A stretch of DNA of 63,331 bases, filler included, from Licmophora abbreviata (Eukaryota), in the NCBI GenBank assembly GCA_900291995.1. It is 13 parts of 13 records of this genome, joined end to end, with 100 filler letters (N's around TTAATTAATTAA, not from the genome) between each part and the next. Parts side by side here need not be neighbours in the genome. Positions count along the whole stretch, not along the records: positions 61,589 to 63,331 come from OLMU01003577.1; 12 more parts are not named here. One strand, 5' to 3'. Below are positions 61,589 to 63,331 of the stretch, in pieces (position 1 is the stretch's first letter; every line of letters starts with the position of its first letter). The notes under the pieces are model-generated. The model ran no database searches, was not told the origin of the DNA, and saw only the letters and a list, made by a program, of their open reading frames with translations. A program made the translations under genes and the position numbers.

Positions 61589-63009
61589 GCCAGCAAACAT
61601 GAATGCACCAAAGATCAGACCGTAGGCCGGTTCGCCTTGTCCGTCAAGGCCCCACCAGACTGTCGTTTCGTTGACGTGCTGCGCCAACAGACTCAAAGCG
61701 GGCGACCACAGAAAGATAAAGATCTGTAACGATCCTGTTGTACACCCTTGAATAATCCCAACGCGAAGCAACTCCGAATCCGCTCGAAAGGCCCGAATCA
61801 CTTCTGCCGCCTGTCTAAATGCTGACTGTCTGTAGTTAATCTGCGCCCCACCACTGCTGCTAGCACCAGCAGCATGACCGTAGTTTTCAGTCCACATGAT
61901 TATGACCATGACAAGTGCTACCCCCGTACACGTAACGGCTCCTTCAAACGGCCCTACAGGACCCAGCCGCTCCGCCAGCTGATGTGCCAGATAGCCTGAC
62001 GCAATTGCCGCTAGATTGCTCGCCACAACCGAATCGCGCATAATCAGCTCGTACTTGTCGGCGGGAAACCCACGTTGTCGATACTCCGCATCGAGCCATG
62101 TTTCAAAGACAGATGATAGCAGATTGGTCGTTATTCCCCCCACGATGCGACTTATGACAAGTCCGGCAATGAAATTGTACTGTTCCAGCGTGTTGATTGC
62201 CATTTCCAAGGCGCAGTAGATGATGGCGGACTTCTTGCGACCAAAGCGATCGACGAGAGGACCTGTAAAGGGAGATGTGATTGCTCCAGTGACGAAGCCG
62301 AGACAATACAATGAAGCGGCAGAGTATCCATAGCCTTCGTAAAGTACGTAGAGATGAGTTCCTAAGGGGAGAAGAGAAAACAAGAGCGAGGCGTCGCGTT
62401 CAATATCTGGGAGCCATGCACAGCATCGCATAGCAGCTAGAGTCACCTACCTTGCAGTCCATCGGCCAGCATGATAGCGACCGTCACTAGTAGATAGTTC
62501 AGTCGAAAGGCCAGGAGCGACGACTGGCCTTTATCATTGTCTACTTCTTCTCCTTCTCCTAGAACCGGTATTGGCTCGACTGCAATGGATGGCAACAGTG
62601 CCGGGGCCTCATGCTGGTGGTGTTGTTTACCCTCCCTGCTATCAAAGCTCAAAGACGTGACATATCCCCAGCGATCATACTCAATGGTACAACGCTGACG
62701 TTTCCGATAGATCTTGGCCCTTGCAGTCGGCTCGCGTCTCCGAACGATCGCAGCCGAAGCTCCAGGCTTGTGGTGTGTACGCTGCCCCTCATCACTACTA
62801 CTGCTGTCGCTTACTATTGTCTCTTCTTCATCTGCTGTATCGGGGTCTGAAGACTTGACTACATGGCCCGCGGCTTGAGGTCTTGTCGTCGTGATGCCGG
62901 CGGTCGCCATGGCACGAGCCTGCAGTGTCAGACGACTGCTGCTGCCATAGTCCGATGAGGTGCGTCGCAGCGGACAATAGCCGCGAGAAAATCGTCTTCT
63001 CGAGGGCAT
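61589..63009 (-). CDS. MFS transporter, MFSD5/MOT2 (molybdate-anion transporter, DUF791) family; intron 62450-62362; 3' truncated by gap
   Basis: YLLVTVAIMLADGLQG|THLYVLYEGYG, LVDRFGRKK, RIVGGITTNLLSSVFETWL, IFIFLWSPAL, YGLIFGAFM. Start codon uncertain (63009 or 62910). Confidence 0.88.
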
Positions 63010-63331
63010 GGCGCGAGTGGACAAGCAGCGTTCCTAGCTAGAAAGAGATCAGAGAGCAACGAGACAACGAGACAACGACTGAGCTGACGAGCCACGCGCT
63101 GAAGAGGTGAAAGTGAAGACAGTCGCGTTGTCACGTTTTTGTGCGCCGTCTCGCTGAACGTCCCAAAATTTTGCCAGTTCAACGCCTCTTATGAATATTC
63201 CACTTCGAATACGATAAAAGAAAAATACTCTTCGGATCAAACAGGAACGAATGGATCCAGACATTTTTTGCGTACAGAGCTTGATCCGTTGAGCGAGTGA
63301 GCAGCGCCACCTTTTTGGCGCGCCACACGGT

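Overview
Eukaryotic nuclear DNA, most consistent with a diatom (stramenopile alga with a complex plastid). Evidence: short GT-AG introns, gene-dense layout, and bipartite signal peptide plus 'AF' (ASAFAP-type) plastid presequences on PGK and a DUF1995 protein. The window is a scaffold broken by twelve artificial 100-nt spacers (N44-TTAATTAATTAA-N44), and CPS and Clp1 continue across them. About 25 genes are supportable: RPS5, plastid PGK, myosin, kinesin, NMT, CPS, Clp1, a GPCR, several glyco/sulfotransferases, proteases and transporters. The strongest hidden signal, missed by the ORF track, is a SelU/PRXL2-like selenoprotein with an in-frame UGA in a UxxC motif created by splicing, plus a SECIS-like hairpin with a non-canonical apex. 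Other notable items: a degenerate CDP-alcohol phosphotransferase fused to an intact cytidylyltransferase, a homolog of the plant chromatin protein HIT4, a PLAC8-like/PrsW protease fusion, a probably lipid-anchored SNase-Ada nuclease, a decayed Ran paralog, and recurring E2F-like promoter motifs. All family assignments come from motif recognition by eye; no searches were run.
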